From Pseudothermotoga sp. (GTDB taxonomy: Bacteria; Thermotogota; Thermotogae; Thermotogales; DSM-5069): a stretch of DNA of 53,334 bases. The translations under genes were made by a program, and so were the position numbers. The stretch covers positions 1 through 53,334 of the forward strand of contig JBEPZZ010000008.1 of the NCBI GenBank assembly GCA_041640575.1. Direction: 5' to 3'. Under the pieces are notes generated by a model. It was not told where the DNA came from, searched no databases, and worked only from the letters and a program-made list of their open reading frames with translations. Positions 1 to 10,467 of the stretch are shown piece after piece. How positions within the stretch are numbered: position 1 is the first letter of the stretch; each line of letters begins with the position of its first letter.

Positions 1-234
1 CTTTAACGCAAATGTTAGCCCAAGAATTTTTGCAAGCAGTATATACCAAAAGACCATCAATTTATTCGGCTTAACTTCGATGCCGGTGATTTTTTTCAAC
101 ACTTCATAATGCCAAAGTTCATCCTTTGCTATTTTTTCCAAAATTTCCCTGTTTTCTTTACTTATCTGTGATAACCTTAGATAGACGTGATGCTCAGTTA
201 TTTCGTTTCTTTGAAAATTCTTCAGCACGAACAT
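1..234 (-). CDS. Rubrerythrin/ferritin-like N-terminal domain of a VIT1/CCC1-family protein (5' part, runs off the window)
   Basis: Not in the ORF track. Manual translation gives MFVLKNFQRNEITEHHVYLRLSQISKENREILEKIAKDELWHYEVLKKITG...LLAKILGLTFALK, with E..Y and DExxH ferritin-like motifs. SD AAGGAG; GTG at 228 may be the true start. Confidence 0.7.
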   Translation of the reverse strand, partial: MFVLKNFQRNEITEHHVYLRLSQISKENREILEKIAKDELWHYEVLKKITGIEVKPNKLMVFWYILLAKILGLTFALK

Positions 235-292
235 TCTCCTTTCTCAATTGCTTTGGTTTCAGTTAAATTATAATAAATTCGGTGGTGATACC

Positions 293-910
293 TTGCTGAT
301 AATCGGCATTGGTGGAGGTACTGGATCTGGTAAAACAACGGTAGCTAAGCGAATCATCGATAAAGTTGGTGAAAGTCGATGTGCATTGTTACCTATGGAT
401 AACTATTACAGAGATATGAGCCATTTGGTTTTTGAGGAGCGAAAAAGAGTTAATTATGATCATCCGGATATCATTGAACACGAATTGCTGAAAGAGCATT
501 TGTTGAAACTTTTGGATGGCCAAGTGATATCACTTCCCTGCTATGACTTTGTGAATTATGTAAGGCTTAAGGAGACGATCGAATTTCCTCCGAGAGACGT
601 CGTTATCGTCGAGGGGATTTTCGCACTTTATTATGAAGATATCAGAAAGCTTTATGCACTTTCTGTTTATGTTGATGCCGAAGATGACATTCGCTTCATC
701 AGGCGATTGAAAAGAGACATAAGAGATCGAGGTCGTACAGTTGATTCTGTTATTGAGCAATATCTTCAAACTGTGAAACCCATGCATGATGCGTATGTTG
801 AACCAACTAAAAGAAAGGCTGATATAATCGTCCCAAAAGGTGGTCACAACGAAAAGGCAATTGAAGTTGTAGTGAATTACATCTTTAAAAGATTGGAGAA
901 CGGTGTGTGA
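293..910 (+). CDS. udk: Uridine kinase
   Basis: GIGGGTGSGKTT, DNYYRD, NYDHP, VEGIF, RRLKRDIRDRGR motifs. TTG at 293 after GGTGGTG chosen over the ORF start at 248. Confidence 0.93.
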   Translation: MLIIGIGGGTGSGKTTVAKRIIDKVGESRCALLPMDNYYRDMSHLVFEERKRVNYDHPDIIEHELLKEHLLKLLDGQVISLPCYDFVNYVRLKETIEFPPRDVVIVEGIFALYYEDIRKLYALSVYVDAEDDIRFIRRLKRDIRDRGRTVDSVIEQYLQTVKPMHDAYVEPTKRKADIIVPKGGHNEKAIEVVVNYIFKRLENGV

Positions 911-3321
911 GAAAAATTGCTTTTTTTATCTTCTTTTTTATTCATGTGCTTTGCTTTGCAACTGGTAAATACAATTTCGTGCGTACCAGTCATGTAGATG
1001 TACTTTTTACGGATGGTCTTGATTTGACGGTGTTTCCTCTACTTCAGAAAGCCGATGAAGTTTATGAAAAACTGGTCAAGGAATTTGGTTTCAATCTAAA
1101 GGATCGGCCAAAGGTTTATTTGATTGGAGGAACAGATGTTGCCAACGGCTATGCTAATCCATTAACCAACACCATTGTTATATATGTCAACAACGTCAAT
1201 CCATTGATCATGACGCCTAATTACGATGATTGGGTTTTGTTTTGCTTCACACATGAACTGTCACATTTGTTTTTGATGAACAGTTTTGCACCTTATGTTG
1301 AATCACTTTCCATTTTTGGCCACGCTGTAGCAGCTGCTGTCCAGAGCGTGTTGACACCCATGTATCTTCATGAAGGTTTGGCTACCTATTTAGAGACTCA
1401 TATAACTGGTTTTGGACGAGGAATGGATCCTCTTTTTGAAACTTACATCAGGAATGCAAGAATGGCTGATACCAATCTCAAATACGCATCTAGTCTGACA
1501 ACCTCACGATGGTTAGCTGGTGGGCCAAGTTACGTGCTAGGTTATTCGTTGCTCAGCAAAATTAGAGACGAATATTCTCACGAAGCAGTTATGGAACTTG
1601 TTCGAAAGTTTTCAGAAGATCCTTTAAAAACTTTTGGGGTAGCATTGGCAGAATCGACGCATGAAAGTTTCCTTGATGAATGGTTGACCAAGCTCGAAGT
1701 GCCGAAAGACGGAGAGTTTCTATCTGAAAAGCTTTTATGGCCTAGCAAAGTCGACATTAACGCGTGGCGAATTTATTATATTGGTAAAAAGTACAACGGT
1801 GAAGAAGCGCTTTATTATTATGACATATTTTCAAAGAAGACTGTTAAAATTGCAGATATAAATAATTGCTTGAGTTTTTCGGTCAGTAAATCCGGTAAGT
1901 TTGCCGTTGCTAGGTATATCCCGCTGAACAATAGTATCATTTCGAAACTTTATTTGCATTCAGACATCACGATAGAAACATCTGTTGAAAACGTAGTAGA
2001 TTTAGCATGGTTGAATGATAATGAATTAGTTTTGGTCAGACAGGAAAACATGAAACGATTCATCGATCTTTATGATGTTAGAACCAAAGTTATCACAAGA
2101 CTTTTTGGTCCATTTGAAAACATTGTTCCTATGCAGATCACTGCTGATTCAGAAAGAATTGTGTTTACTGCAAAGGTTGGTAACAACATAGATCTTTTCA
2201 TGACCGATAGAAGTGGTATGGTTTACAGATTGACTGAAGACAATAATGTGAAGCTCTCACCGAAGCTGATCAATGAGGAGTTGTACCTTTGTGCAGATTA
2301 TTCTGGTAGATTGCAAGCTTTTTTGATTAATTTGAAGGATTATACACTTTGGAATCTTGGCGGAGAAGATTTGATAAGTGTCTTGGCATATGAAGGTAAA
2401 GTCTTTGGCATTCAAGTTGTTCCTGAAGGGTATCAGCTTTCTCAATTTACAATTGATAGGAAAATGTTTGGACACATAAGCGAAAGGTGGTTCAATAATT
2501 TTGGAAAGGTCGTAGGAGTCCAAATTGATTCAAATATTTATTTTGATAGTTTGAAACCAAGATTTTGGCTTCCAGTGGGTTATTTTGATAATTCAGGTTG
2601 GTTCTTCGGAACTTTGATAGGTTTTTCTGATGATTTGTTGGATCAACTGATTCTTCTACAGGTTGGATGGTCTGAATCGGGTAGTACTCTGAAGTTAGAT
2701 GTATCCGCTGAAAAATCTGTGAGTTTTTCCTTCCGTCTAAATGCGACGAATCAGAATTCAGCTATGAGTGCAGCGTTAATTTTCCCATTTTATATTACTC
2801 GTGGGCTCAGAGATGAAACTTTGTCGGCTCGTCTAGGTATAACTCTGGAAACTCCAATGAATGCTGATCTTCTGCTTGGATGTTTCTACTCTGCTGGGCA
2901 AGTTGGTGGCAAATTGCATGGTTTATCAGTTCATGAGACGGAAATCTGGGCAAATTTGTTGCCAAATCTGGAGATAGGTTTTTCAAGGGCATTCTTGTTT
3001 AAGGATGTTTTAGCGAGTTTTTCAATATTCACGAATTTTGAAGCTATTGGGTATGGGTGGAGGATAGTTTTACCACGTGTAAGGTTTGATTTTGGTTCCG
3101 ATGATGGTTTCTGGAATGTCGATGGAATAAACTTCGTTTTGGGTAATACAACTTTGTTTAAGAATCACACTTTTGAACATAGTGTATATTTGAAAACTGT
3201 TTTCAACGTTGATATTTTTTACCAGATACCTGTACCAGTTTTCTTAACCGTTGGATTCCAAAACAACGTGCCATATGTTAAATTTGGAATTGAGAACATT
3301 TTGAGCATCTTAAGATTGTAG
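907..3321 (+). CDS. Secreted/envelope protein: gluzincin-like peptidase domain, beta-propeller-like repeats, beta-rich C-terminus
   Basis: Signal peptide; THELSH plus downstream LHEGLATYLE; TolB/PD40-like segments; alternating-hydrophobic C-terminal strands. Confidence 0.6.
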   Translation: MRKIAFFIFFFIHVLCFATGKYNFVRTSHVDVLFTDGLDLTVFPLLQKADEVYEKLVKEFGFNLKDRPKVYLIGGTDVANGYANPLTNTIVIYVNNVNPLIMTPNYDDWVLFCFTHELSHLFLMNSFAPYVESLSIFGHAVAAAVQSVLTPMYLHEGLATYLETHITGFGRGMDPLFETYIRNARMADTNLKYASSLTTSRWLAGGPSYVLGYSLLSKIRDEYSHEAVMELVRKFSEDPLKTFGVALAESTHESFLDEWLTKLEVPKDGEFLSEKLLWPSKVDINAWRIYYIGKKYNGEEALYYYDIFSKKTVKIADINNCLSFSVSKSGKFAVARYIPLNNSIISKLYLHSDITIETSVENVVDLAWLNDNELVLVRQENMKRFIDLYDVRTKVITRLFGPFENIVPMQITADSERIVFTAKVGNNIDLFMTDRSGMVYRLTEDNNVKLSPKLINEELYLCADYSGRLQAFLINLKDYTLWNLGGEDLISVLAYEGKVFGIQVVPEGYQLSQFTIDRKMFGHISERWFNNFGKVVGVQIDSNIYFDSLKPRFWLPVGYFDNSGWFFGTLIGFSDDLLDQLILLQVGWSESGSTLKLDVSAEKSVSFSFRLNATNQNSAMSAALIFPFYITRGLRDETLSARLGITLETPMNADLLLGCFYSAGQVGGKLHGLSVHETEIWANLLPNLEIGFSRAFLFKDVLASFSIFTNFEAIGYGWRIVLPRVRFDFGSDDGFWNVDGINFVLGNTTLFKNHTFEHSVYLKTVFNVDIFYQIPVPVFLTVGFQNNVPYVKFGIENILSILRL

Positions 3322-3360
3322 CAATTGTCTATGATATAATAATAAAAAAAAGGAGGTAAA

Positions 3361-4824
3361 TTGATGAGAATAGCAATGGTTTCTTTTGAAGTTTACCCCT
3401 TTGCAAAAGTCGGTGGCCTGGCTGATGTTTTGGGCTCACTTCCAAAAGTAATAGAAAAACAAGGGGAAAGAGTATCAATTTTCATGCCTCTTCACAAATT
3501 AGTGAAAAAGAACTGTGAGAAAATTGGTATAAATTTAGAACCCATAGTTAAATCGGTACCAGCATCGTTTCTACAAACTCAAGAAAAATTTGATGTTTTT
3601 CATGCAAAGCTTCCAGGTTCCAATGTCCCAGTTTATTTCATAGCAAATGATTTCTATTTTTCGGCAGAAAACATTTACGAAGCACCTGACATAGCTGAAC
3701 AGTCAATTTTTTTCTGTGTGGCCGTCCTTGAAGCCATGAAGAATCTTGGTATGCAGTTTGATATCATTCATACTCATGATTGGCAGACGGCGCTTGTCCC
3801 AGTCTATTTGAAAACACTTTACAGAAGTGATCCATTCTTTTCTAGAACTGCGTCAGTTTTCACGATTCACAATTTGGGGTATCAAGGTGTGTTCGATCCT
3901 TCTTACATGAAGTTTGCCGGATTACCAGGATACCTTTTCAGCATAGATGGACTTGAGTTCTACGGAAAACTGAACTTTATGAAAGGTGGAATTTTGTTTA
4001 GCGATGTTATTACGACCGTTAGTCCAACTTACGCACAAGAGATACAAACGGAAGAATTTGGCGAAAAGCTGGACGGAGTCTTGAGGTTAAGATCTGATGA
4101 TCTATATGGAATACTTAATGGTATAGATTATCTCGAATACAACCCTGCTACAGATAAGAGAATATTTGTCAATTATGACATTGATACAATCGAGAAAAAG
4201 AAGTATAACAAAGTTGAGCTTCAAAAAGCACTTGGTTTGAAAGTTGACGAAGACACACCGATGATAGGTATGATAAGCAGGTTGGTTGATCAAAAGGGAT
4301 TGGATTTGGTGGAAAAGATTATCGACTTTGTCTTGCTTTTGGATGTGCAGTTGGTGATATTGGGAACCGGGGATAAGAAATATGAAGAAATTTTTCAGCA
4401 GGTTCATTCAAAGTACCATTCAAAGATCTCTGTGAACTTAAAATTTGACATTGACCTTGCTCAAAAGATTTACGCTGGTAGCGACATGTTTCTTATGCCT
4501 TCCAGGTATGAACCATGCGGACTTGGGCAAATGTATAGCTTGAGGTATGGAACAATTCCGATAGTTAGGTACACTGGTGGATTAGCAGATACCGTGAAAG
4601 AGTATAACCTTAAGACTAAGGAAGGCAATGGTTTTGGCTTTGTCGAGTATGATCCTGCACATCTTTTGTACAGTGTTGTGAAGGCTACTTACTGTTACAA
4701 AAATGAGAAAGAGCACTGGAATAGGATAATGAAAAATGCAATGCAAACAGATGTCTCATGGGATAGATCGGCGAGACAATATATCAGTGTTTACCAAGAG
4801 GCTTTAAAGAAAAAAAGGTTTTAA
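3361..4824 (+). CDS. glgA: Glycogen synthase (GT5)
   Basis: KVGGLADV, HTHDWQ, TIHNLGYQG, MPSRYEPCGL motifs; SD AGGAGG (ATG at 3364 is an alternative start). Confidence 0.95.
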   Translation: MMRIAMVSFEVYPFAKVGGLADVLGSLPKVIEKQGERVSIFMPLHKLVKKNCEKIGINLEPIVKSVPASFLQTQEKFDVFHAKLPGSNVPVYFIANDFYFSAENIYEAPDIAEQSIFFCVAVLEAMKNLGMQFDIIHTHDWQTALVPVYLKTLYRSDPFFSRTASVFTIHNLGYQGVFDPSYMKFAGLPGYLFSIDGLEFYGKLNFMKGGILFSDVITTVSPTYAQEIQTEEFGEKLDGVLRLRSDDLYGILNGIDYLEYNPATDKRIFVNYDIDTIEKKKYNKVELQKALGLKVDEDTPMIGMISRLVDQKGLDLVEKIIDFVLLLDVQLVILGTGDKKYEEIFQQVHSKYHSKISVNLKFDIDLAQKIYAGSDMFLMPSRYEPCGLGQMYSLRYGTIPIVRYTGGLADTVKEYNLKTKEGNGFGFVEYDPAHLLYSVVKATYCYKNEKEHWNRIMKNAMQTDVSWDRSARQYISVYQEALKKKRF

Positions 4825-4837
4825 GGAGGAACTGTAA

Positions 4838-5839
4838 ATGCCCGAGCTCAGGAAAGATCCCGTCACGAAACGTTGGGTTATAATTGCGACTGAGAGAGCA
4901 AAACGGCCGCATGACTTTGTAAAACCGAAAGTCGAAGAGAAACCAGGTTTTTGCCCATTTGATTATGGTAACGAGCATACAACACCTCCGGAAATTCTTG
5001 CTTTTCGCCCCGCTGATAGTTCTCCAAATTCACCTGGTTGGTGGGTGAGGGTCGTTCCAAACAAATTTGGAGCTGTTGATTCAAGTCTTGAGCCTAGAAG
5101 ATATGGCGTTGGAATGTTTGACGCAATTGAGGGTTTCGGTTTTCATGAAGTAATTGTTGAAACGCCAGATCATAACACACATTTGGCTTTGATGGATTAT
5201 AAACAAGTAGAAGAGGTCATCTGGGCTTACCGGCACAGATACCTCACACTTTCATCGAACCCAATGATACGCTACATTCTCATTTTCAAGAATCATGGTA
5301 GGGATGCCGGTGCGTCTCTTCAACATCCTCACAGCCAGCTGATAGCTCTTCCAATTGTTCCAAAGCGCGTGCAGGAAGAGTTGGATGGATCCTTGGATTA
5401 CTACAATTACAAAGAGCGTTGCGTATTTTGCGACATAATAAGAGAAGAGACATATCGCAAAGAAAGAGTTGTCGAAGAGAATGATGATTTCGTGGCAATA
5501 GAACCTTTTGCGGCCCGTTTTCCTTGTGAAACTTGGATTCTGCCAAAAAGGCATACAAATTCCTTTGGTTCAATAACTGAAGGTGAAGTTAGAAATTTTG
5601 CGAAGATCATGAAAAACACGCTTTACAGAATATGGAAAGCTTTGGATAATCCCCCATACAATTTCATGTTACATACGGCTCCCACAACAGGCGAAGGTAA
5701 AGAGCATTATCATTGGCATCTTGAGATCGTACCAAGGCTCACAAATGTTGCTGGTTTTGAGTGGGGGTCTGGTTTTTACATAAACCCTATGCCGCCTGAA
5801 GAAGCGGCAAAGTATTTACGTACTGTTGATGTTCAGTAA
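4838..5839 (+). CDS. galT: GalT-family (HIT superfamily) nucleotidyltransferase
   Basis: RAKRP, CPF, VRVVPNKF, GASLQHPHSQ catalytic HPH, HWHLEI. Confidence 0.85.
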   Translation: MPELRKDPVTKRWVIIATERAKRPHDFVKPKVEEKPGFCPFDYGNEHTTPPEILAFRPADSSPNSPGWWVRVVPNKFGAVDSSLEPRRYGVGMFDAIEGFGFHEVIVETPDHNTHLALMDYKQVEEVIWAYRHRYLTLSSNPMIRYILIFKNHGRDAGASLQHPHSQLIALPIVPKRVQEELDGSLDYYNYKERCVFCDIIREETYRKERVVEENDDFVAIEPFAARFPCETWILPKRHTNSFGSITEGEVRNFAKIMKNTLYRIWKALDNPPYNFMLHTAPTTGEGKEHYHWHLEIVPRLTNVAGFEWGSGFYINPMPPEEAAKYLRTVDVQ

Positions 5840-5908
5840 AAGTGTGGTAAAATTACCAATACCGTGTGAAATCAAGCCATAAGATGTGGTTTAGGGAGGA
5901 TTGGTAGG

Positions 5909-6181
5909 ATGGAGACTTTAAAAGTTAGCTCAAACTCGAATCCGAACAAGGTGGCAGGAGCCATTGCTGGAGCGCTAACCAAATCTGACAGAGTGGAGAT
6001 TCAAGCAATTGGAGCTGGCGCGGTTAACCAAGCTGTCAAGGCAATAGCTGTGGCAAGAAGATTTCTGAATGAAAGTGGCAAGGATGTCTACATGGTACCA
6101 GGTTTTATGGAAGCAACCATTGACAACGAAAAGAGAACAGGTGTATCCTTCAAGGTATTTGTGACGACTCGTCAGCAATGA
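5909..6181 (+). CDS. spoVS: SpoVS-family protein
   Basis: LKVSSNSNPNKVAGAIAG...QAIGAGAVNQAVKAIAVAR signature. Confidence 0.92.
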   Translation: METLKVSSNSNPNKVAGAIAGALTKSDRVEIQAIGAGAVNQAVKAIAVARRFLNESGKDVYMVPGFMEATIDNEKRTGVSFKVFVTTRQQ

Positions 6182-6185
6182 GGAA

Positions 6186-6443
6186 ATGACAGATGCTTTT
6201 GGAGAAATAGTCAGAGCATGCTTGGAGGATGAAAGGCTTCTACGTGTGGTCCAAGAAATTGGCAAGTTAAGTCGGGAAGACAAGAGCAAGTTTTTATCAA
6301 AAGTCAAAGAATATTTCTTTGAAAAAACTGATCAAGCAGATGTAGAAGCGTACAAATTTTACTTATTCATCCTAGAAGATGACAACGCCGAGAAAGTACT
6401 CAGTTTAATCGATGAAGAAAAGGTCAAGTCTCTTGGTAGTTAA
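6186..6443 (+). CDS. Hypothetical small helical protein
   Basis: 85-aa ORF 4 nt after spoVS, SD GAGGA, normal codon usage. Confidence 0.7.
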   Translation: MTDAFGEIVRACLEDERLLRVVQEIGKLSREDKSKFLSKVKEYFFEKTDQADVEAYKFYLFILEDDNAEKVLSLIDEEKVKSLGS

Positions 6444-6481
6444 AGTTAGTTGGCTTTGTAGCGGGAAAAAACTATCGTTAC

Positions 6482-6510
6482 TTGAAGTAGCTTTTAAGCA
6501 GTGTTATAAT
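6482..6510 (+). promoter_or_regulatory. Sigma70-type promoter for tRNA-Gly/rpsO
   Basis: TTGAAG-17 nt-TATAAT with extended TG. Confidence 0.7.
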
Positions 6511-6556
6511 ATTCTTGTTCCCTGTTTGGGGATAAGCTTTTTGTCCTTTCACTTGA

Positions 6557-6631
6557 GCGGGCGTAGCTCAGTGGTAGAGCATCAGCTTCCCAAGCTGAGG
6601 GCCGCGGGTTCGACCCCCGTCGCCCGCTCCA
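6557..6631 (+). tRNA. tRNA-Gly(CCC)
   Basis: Cloverleaf GCGGGCG..., anticodon arm TCAGC-TTCCCAA-GCTGA, GGTTCGA T-loop, encoded CCA. Confidence 0.96.
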
Positions 6632-6633
6632 GA

Positions 6634-6675
6634 CCACAACTTGGATGAAGGAGTTAGCCTCATCTAGGTTGTTGG
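6634..6675 (+). promoter_or_regulatory. Hairpin in rpsO leader (candidate S15 autoregulatory element)
   Basis: ACAACTTGGATGA-AGG-AGTTAG-CC-TCATCTAGGTTGT long stem just upstream of the rpsO SD. Confidence 0.45.
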
Positions 6676-6699
6676 AATTTATATTGGAGGTGTAGCAAA

Positions 6700-6963
6700 G
6701 TGAATCAAGAAGAGAAGAAAAACATTATCGAACAGTTCAGGGTTAACGAAAAGGACACAGGTTCAGTCGAGATTCAAGTAGCGCTTCTTACTGCAAGAAT
6801 CAGACATCTAACGGATCATTTGAAAAGACATCCAAAAGATTTTCATTCCAGACGAGGGCTTATGAAGATGGTTGGACGTAGAAGAAAGCTACTTAGATAT
6901 TTGCGCGACAAAAATCTTGAATCCTATAAGTTACTAATTGAGAAATTGGATTTGCGAAAGTAA
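6700..6963 (+). CDS. rpsO: 30S ribosomal protein S15
   Basis: [24 protein letters not shown] motifs. Confidence 0.97.
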   Translation: MNQEEKKNIIEQFRVNEKDTGSVEIQVALLTARIRHLTDHLKRHPKDFHSRRGLMKMVGRRRKLLRYLRDKNLESYKLLIEKLDLRK

Positions 6964-6975
6964 GTTAAATTACTG

Positions 6976-7001
6976 AGGCGGGCGGCAAACCGCCCGCTTT
7001 T
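6976..7001 (+). terminator. Rho-independent terminator after rpsO
   Basis: GCGGGCGG-CAAA-CCGCCCGC-TTTT. Confidence 0.8.
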
Positions 7002-7027
7002 GATTCAAAAGTATTGTTATCATAGAG

Positions 7028-9166
7028 GTGATTCGTTTGAAATCTTGGAGTCGTGAAATTTTGGGTAGAGAGTTCTACATTGAATACGGAAGAATGGCAA
7101 AGCAAGCGAATGGGTCTGCCTTTGTCCGTATAGGTGATACAACTGTTTTGGCAACAGTTGTTATGGCCGAAGAAGAAACAGAAGGTATAGACTTTGTGCC
7201 ACTTACTGTCGAATTTCAAGAACGATACTACGCAGCTGGGAAAATTCCTGGTGGATTCGTCAAAAGAGAAGGTAAACCAAGCGAAGCCGGTATACTCTCT
7301 GCGAGGACGATTGACAGGCCGATTAGACCGTTGTTCCCAAAGAATCTGAGAAATGAGGTTCAATTAATAGTTACAGTATTATCTGTTGATGGAGTAAACC
7401 CACCGGATATAGCTGGTGTTTTAGCATCTTCAATTGCATTAAATCTATCGGAGGTACCATTCGAGGGATTAGTTGCAGCTGTGCGTGTAGGTTTCATAAA
7501 TGGAGAAGTTGTTTTCTTCCCTGATGAAAAGGAAGTTGAGAAAAGTCTTGCTGATATCATAGTTGCTGGGACTGAAGATGCAATCACCATGGTTGAGGGA
7601 GAAGCAAAAGAAGTCACCGAAACTCAGATGGTAGAGATACTTTTCAAAGCTCATGATGCGATAAGAGAGATCATTAGATTTGAAAAAGACATTCTCTCAG
7701 AGTCCAATGTGGTAAAAAGGCAGATCGAAGAAAAAGTGCTTCCTGAGGACATTTTGAAAGATTTCGAATCTTTTATCGACAGTAATGAACTTAAGAATAG
7801 GCTTCTGACGCAGGGTAAAAAGTCAAGGGCCACTGCAATTGGTGAATATTTCGAGTCAATTCAGCAGAAACTTATCGAAAAATATGGACAAGAAAAAATT
7901 GACGAACTCAAAGTTATTTTGAATGATCTTTACGAACAAAAACTAAAGCATCGAGCTAGACGGTTGATTGTAGAGGAAAATACTAGACTTGATTTGCGCT
8001 CTCCTAAGGACATTCGACCAATTAGTTGTGAAACCGGTGTAATTCCAAGAGTCCATGGCTCAGCTCTATTCACTCGTGGTGAAACGCAAAGCTTGGGAAT
8101 CGTTACACTCGGAGCACCCATGGATGAGCAGATTATCGATACCCTCTTCGAAGAGGGTACAAAGAGGTTCATGCTCCATTATAACTTTCCACCTTTCTCG
8201 ACCGGTGAGGTGAAGCCACTCAGAGGACCAAGCCGAAGAGAAATAGGACATGGTCATCTAGCGGAACGTGCTTTAAAATTTGTTTTGCCTAGCGAAGACG
8301 AATTTCCATACACAGTTAGAGTTGTTTCTGAAATACTTGAATCTAATGGTTCTTCTTCCATGGCAACAGTATGCTCAGGTTCTTTGGCGCTTATGGACGC
8401 AGGTGTTCCGATTTCCAAGCACGTTGCTGGGGTTGCTATGGGATTGATAGTTGAACCCGATGCCCAGGTTGTTCTAACGGATATCATGGGAGCTGAAGAT
8501 CATTGGGGTGATATGGATTTCAAGGTCGCAGGTACAAGAGATGGAATAACTGCATTCCAAATGGATTGCAAAGTTTCTGGTGTATCAAGAGAACTTCTCC
8601 AAAGGGCGCTTGATCAAGCAAAAGAAGCCAGGTTGTTTGTTCTAGATAAGTTGTATCAAGCTATAGACAAGCCAAGACCATATCTGTCAAAATATGCACC
8701 TATCATAAAACTTGTCAACATCGACCCAACGAAAGTTGGTGACATAATTGGGCCTGGTGGAAAAGTTATCAAGTCCATCATAAAAGATTTTGATGTTCAG
8801 ATATCTATAGACGATACAACAGGACGCGTCAGTATCATTGGAAATGATGTGGAGAAGGTTGATTCTGCCATTCGGCATATAAGCAGTATTGTCAAGGAGA
8901 TCAGTGTTGGAGATGTTTTCGAAGGTAAGGTCACCCGCATAGAATCGTTCGGAGTTTTTGTCGAGATAGCGGCAGGAAAAGTTGGTCTGCTTCACCAAAG
9001 CAAACTTATGAGAGACTTAAAAGCGATAAAAATCGGTGACACTTTGACTGTTAAGGTATCGAATATAGACAATCTTGGTCGTCTGCAGTTCGAAGAGTTC
9101 GGATCAAGCACAGACCAAGAGCAACACAACTCTCGAAAGCCTTCCAGCCATCGTAAGCACCAATAG
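7028..9166 (+). CDS. pnp: Polyribonucleotide nucleotidyltransferase (PNPase)
   Basis: Two RNase PH domains ([26 protein letters not shown]), KH and S1 domains; follows rpsO. Confidence 0.97.
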   Translation: MIRLKSWSREILGREFYIEYGRMAKQANGSAFVRIGDTTVLATVVMAEEETEGIDFVPLTVEFQERYYAAGKIPGGFVKREGKPSEAGILSARTIDRPIRPLFPKNLRNEVQLIVTVLSVDGVNPPDIAGVLASSIALNLSEVPFEGLVAAVRVGFINGEVVFFPDEKEVEKSLADIIVAGTEDAITMVEGEAKEVTETQMVEILFKAHDAIREIIRFEKDILSESNVVKRQIEEKVLPEDILKDFESFIDSNELKNRLLTQGKKSRATAIGEYFESIQQKLIEKYGQEKIDELKVILNDLYEQKLKHRARRLIVEENTRLDLRSPKDIRPISCETGVIPRVHGSALFTRGETQSLGIVTLGAPMDEQIIDTLFEEGTKRFMLHYNFPPFSTGEVKPLRGPSRREIGHGHLAERALKFVLPSEDEFPYTVRVVSEILESNGSSSMATVCSGSLALMDAGVPISKHVAGVAMGLIVEPDAQVVLTDIMGAEDHWGDMDFKVAGTRDGITAFQMDCKVSGVSRELLQRALDQAKEARLFVLDKLYQAIDKPRPYLSKYAPIIKLVNIDPTKVGDIIGPGGKVIKSIIKDFDVQISIDDTTGRVSIIGNDVEKVDSAIRHISSIVKEISVGDVFEGKVTRIESFGVFVEIAAGKVGLLHQSKLMRDLKAIKIGDTLTVKVSNIDNLGRLQFEEFGSSTDQEQHNSRKPSSHRKHQ

Positions 9167-9179
9167 AAGCTTTCTCATA

Positions 9180-9205
9180 AACCAGCCAGATTGCTGGCTG
9201 GTTCT
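9180..9205 (+). terminator. Stem-loop after pnp (terminator or processing site)
   Basis: AACCAGCCAG-ATTG-CTGGCTGGTT with a short T tail. Confidence 0.55.
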
Positions 9206-9240
9206 TGATGCCTTGTACATTTCAAGGAGGAATCTTAGTA

Positions 9241-10467
9241 ATGGAATGCGAAATCATTCGATTAGACTCTCACACTGCTTGTTTCATTCCGATAAACAAT
9301 GTTGAAACTCTCTCTGTGGCCTTCGCTGTTCCGGTTGGCTCAGCGTACGAAACTGATGAACAAGCTGGGATTTCTCATCTACTTGAGCATGTTGTGTTTA
9401 AGGGGACAAAGAACTTTGATGAATTTACTCTCAAATATGTTATAGAGGTCGTTGGTGGTACTTTGAATGCCTTTACAACGAGAGATTTCACAATTTATTA
9501 TGCAAAAATTCCTTATTCTGGGTATCAAACGGCTATAGAAGTTTTGACCGATTTGGTTTTCAATCCATTGATAGAAGAAAAAGCACTTGAGCTCGAAAAA
9601 TCAGTAGTTCTTGAAGAAATAAAATCTTATGCCGAAGATCACATTTCCCGAGTACAAGATCTATTTGTAGAGACACTTCTTGCAAAACCCTATTCGAAAC
9701 CCATAAGTGGATATGAAGCTACTGTATCTAGTCTTACTACTGAAGATCTGAGAAAATTTCATGAAGAGAAATATGGAAATCTTCGCATTTTAGCAATAGG
9801 AAAAGTGACACAAGAAGTCAAAAATGATTTGCTGAAAAAGTTGCGTTGTTGTGCTAAGACTATCTGTGAAAAAAAGCCTAGACTTCTTTTTAAGAAACAA
9901 AGAAAAGTTCTTGAGAAAAAGAATGACTTAACCCAAATTCACTTTGTTCATGGGATCCCCCTTCATTTTGGACTGAAGGACAAAGAGTACAGCACTTACA
10001 GAGTGTTGGAAACAGTCCTAGGTAGCGGGATGAGCTCATTACTCTTCAAACGAATCAGAGAAGACTTGGGCCTTGTTTATAGCATAGACTTGGTTGGATC
10101 TTCGTGGGCAGATCATACACTTTTTAGCATTTATGCCTCTACAAGTAGCGAGAAATTCGCAAGGTACCTGGAAGAAATGGATAAATTGATGAGAGAAGAC
10201 ATAAGCAAGGAATTGTTTGAGTACGGAAAAAAGAGGCTTCTTGGCAAATTTCAAATGCTCACTGAAAGTGTGAGTTCTTTGTTCGGGCACTCACTTGGTT
10301 ATATTTTGAACGATTTGGAACCAAAATCGATAGAAACGGAGATAAAGGAAACATCGCAAGTGACGTACAAGCAAGTTGTTGAACTTTGGAAAAGAATATG
10401 TTCAGAGCAATGGCATTGGGCTTTTGTTGCACCCAAGAATTTTGATATGCAAGGTGATAAACCTTGA
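9241..10467 (+). CDS. M16 family zinc peptidase
   Basis: Inverted zinc motif HLLEH, LNAFT, GMSSLLFKRIRE; ATG at 9241 after AGGAGG. Confidence 0.9.
   Translation: MECEIIRLDSHTACFIPINNVETLSVAFAVPVGSAYETDEQAGISHLLEHVVFKGTKNFDEFTLKYVIEVVGGTLNAFTTRDFTIYYAKIPYSGYQTAIEVLTDLVFNPLIEEKALELEKSVVLEEIKSYAEDHISRVQDLFVETLLAKPYSKPISGYEATVSSLTTEDLRKFHEEKYGNLRILAIGKVTQEVKNDLLKKLRCCAKTICEKKPRLLFKKQRKVLEKKNDLTQIHFVHGIPLHFGLKDKEYSTYRVLETVLGSGMSSLLFKRIREDLGLVYSIDLVGSSWADHTLFSIYASTSSEKFARYLEEMDKLMREDISKELFEYGKKRLLGKFQMLTESVSSLFGHSLGYILNDLEPKSIETEIKETSQVTYKQVVELWKRICSEQWHWAFVAPKNFDMQGDKP

Noticed and set aside
6412..6648. 78-aa ORF (and the 38692-38898 minus-strand ORF)
   Set aside because: Both run through tRNA genes and promoters; not coding.
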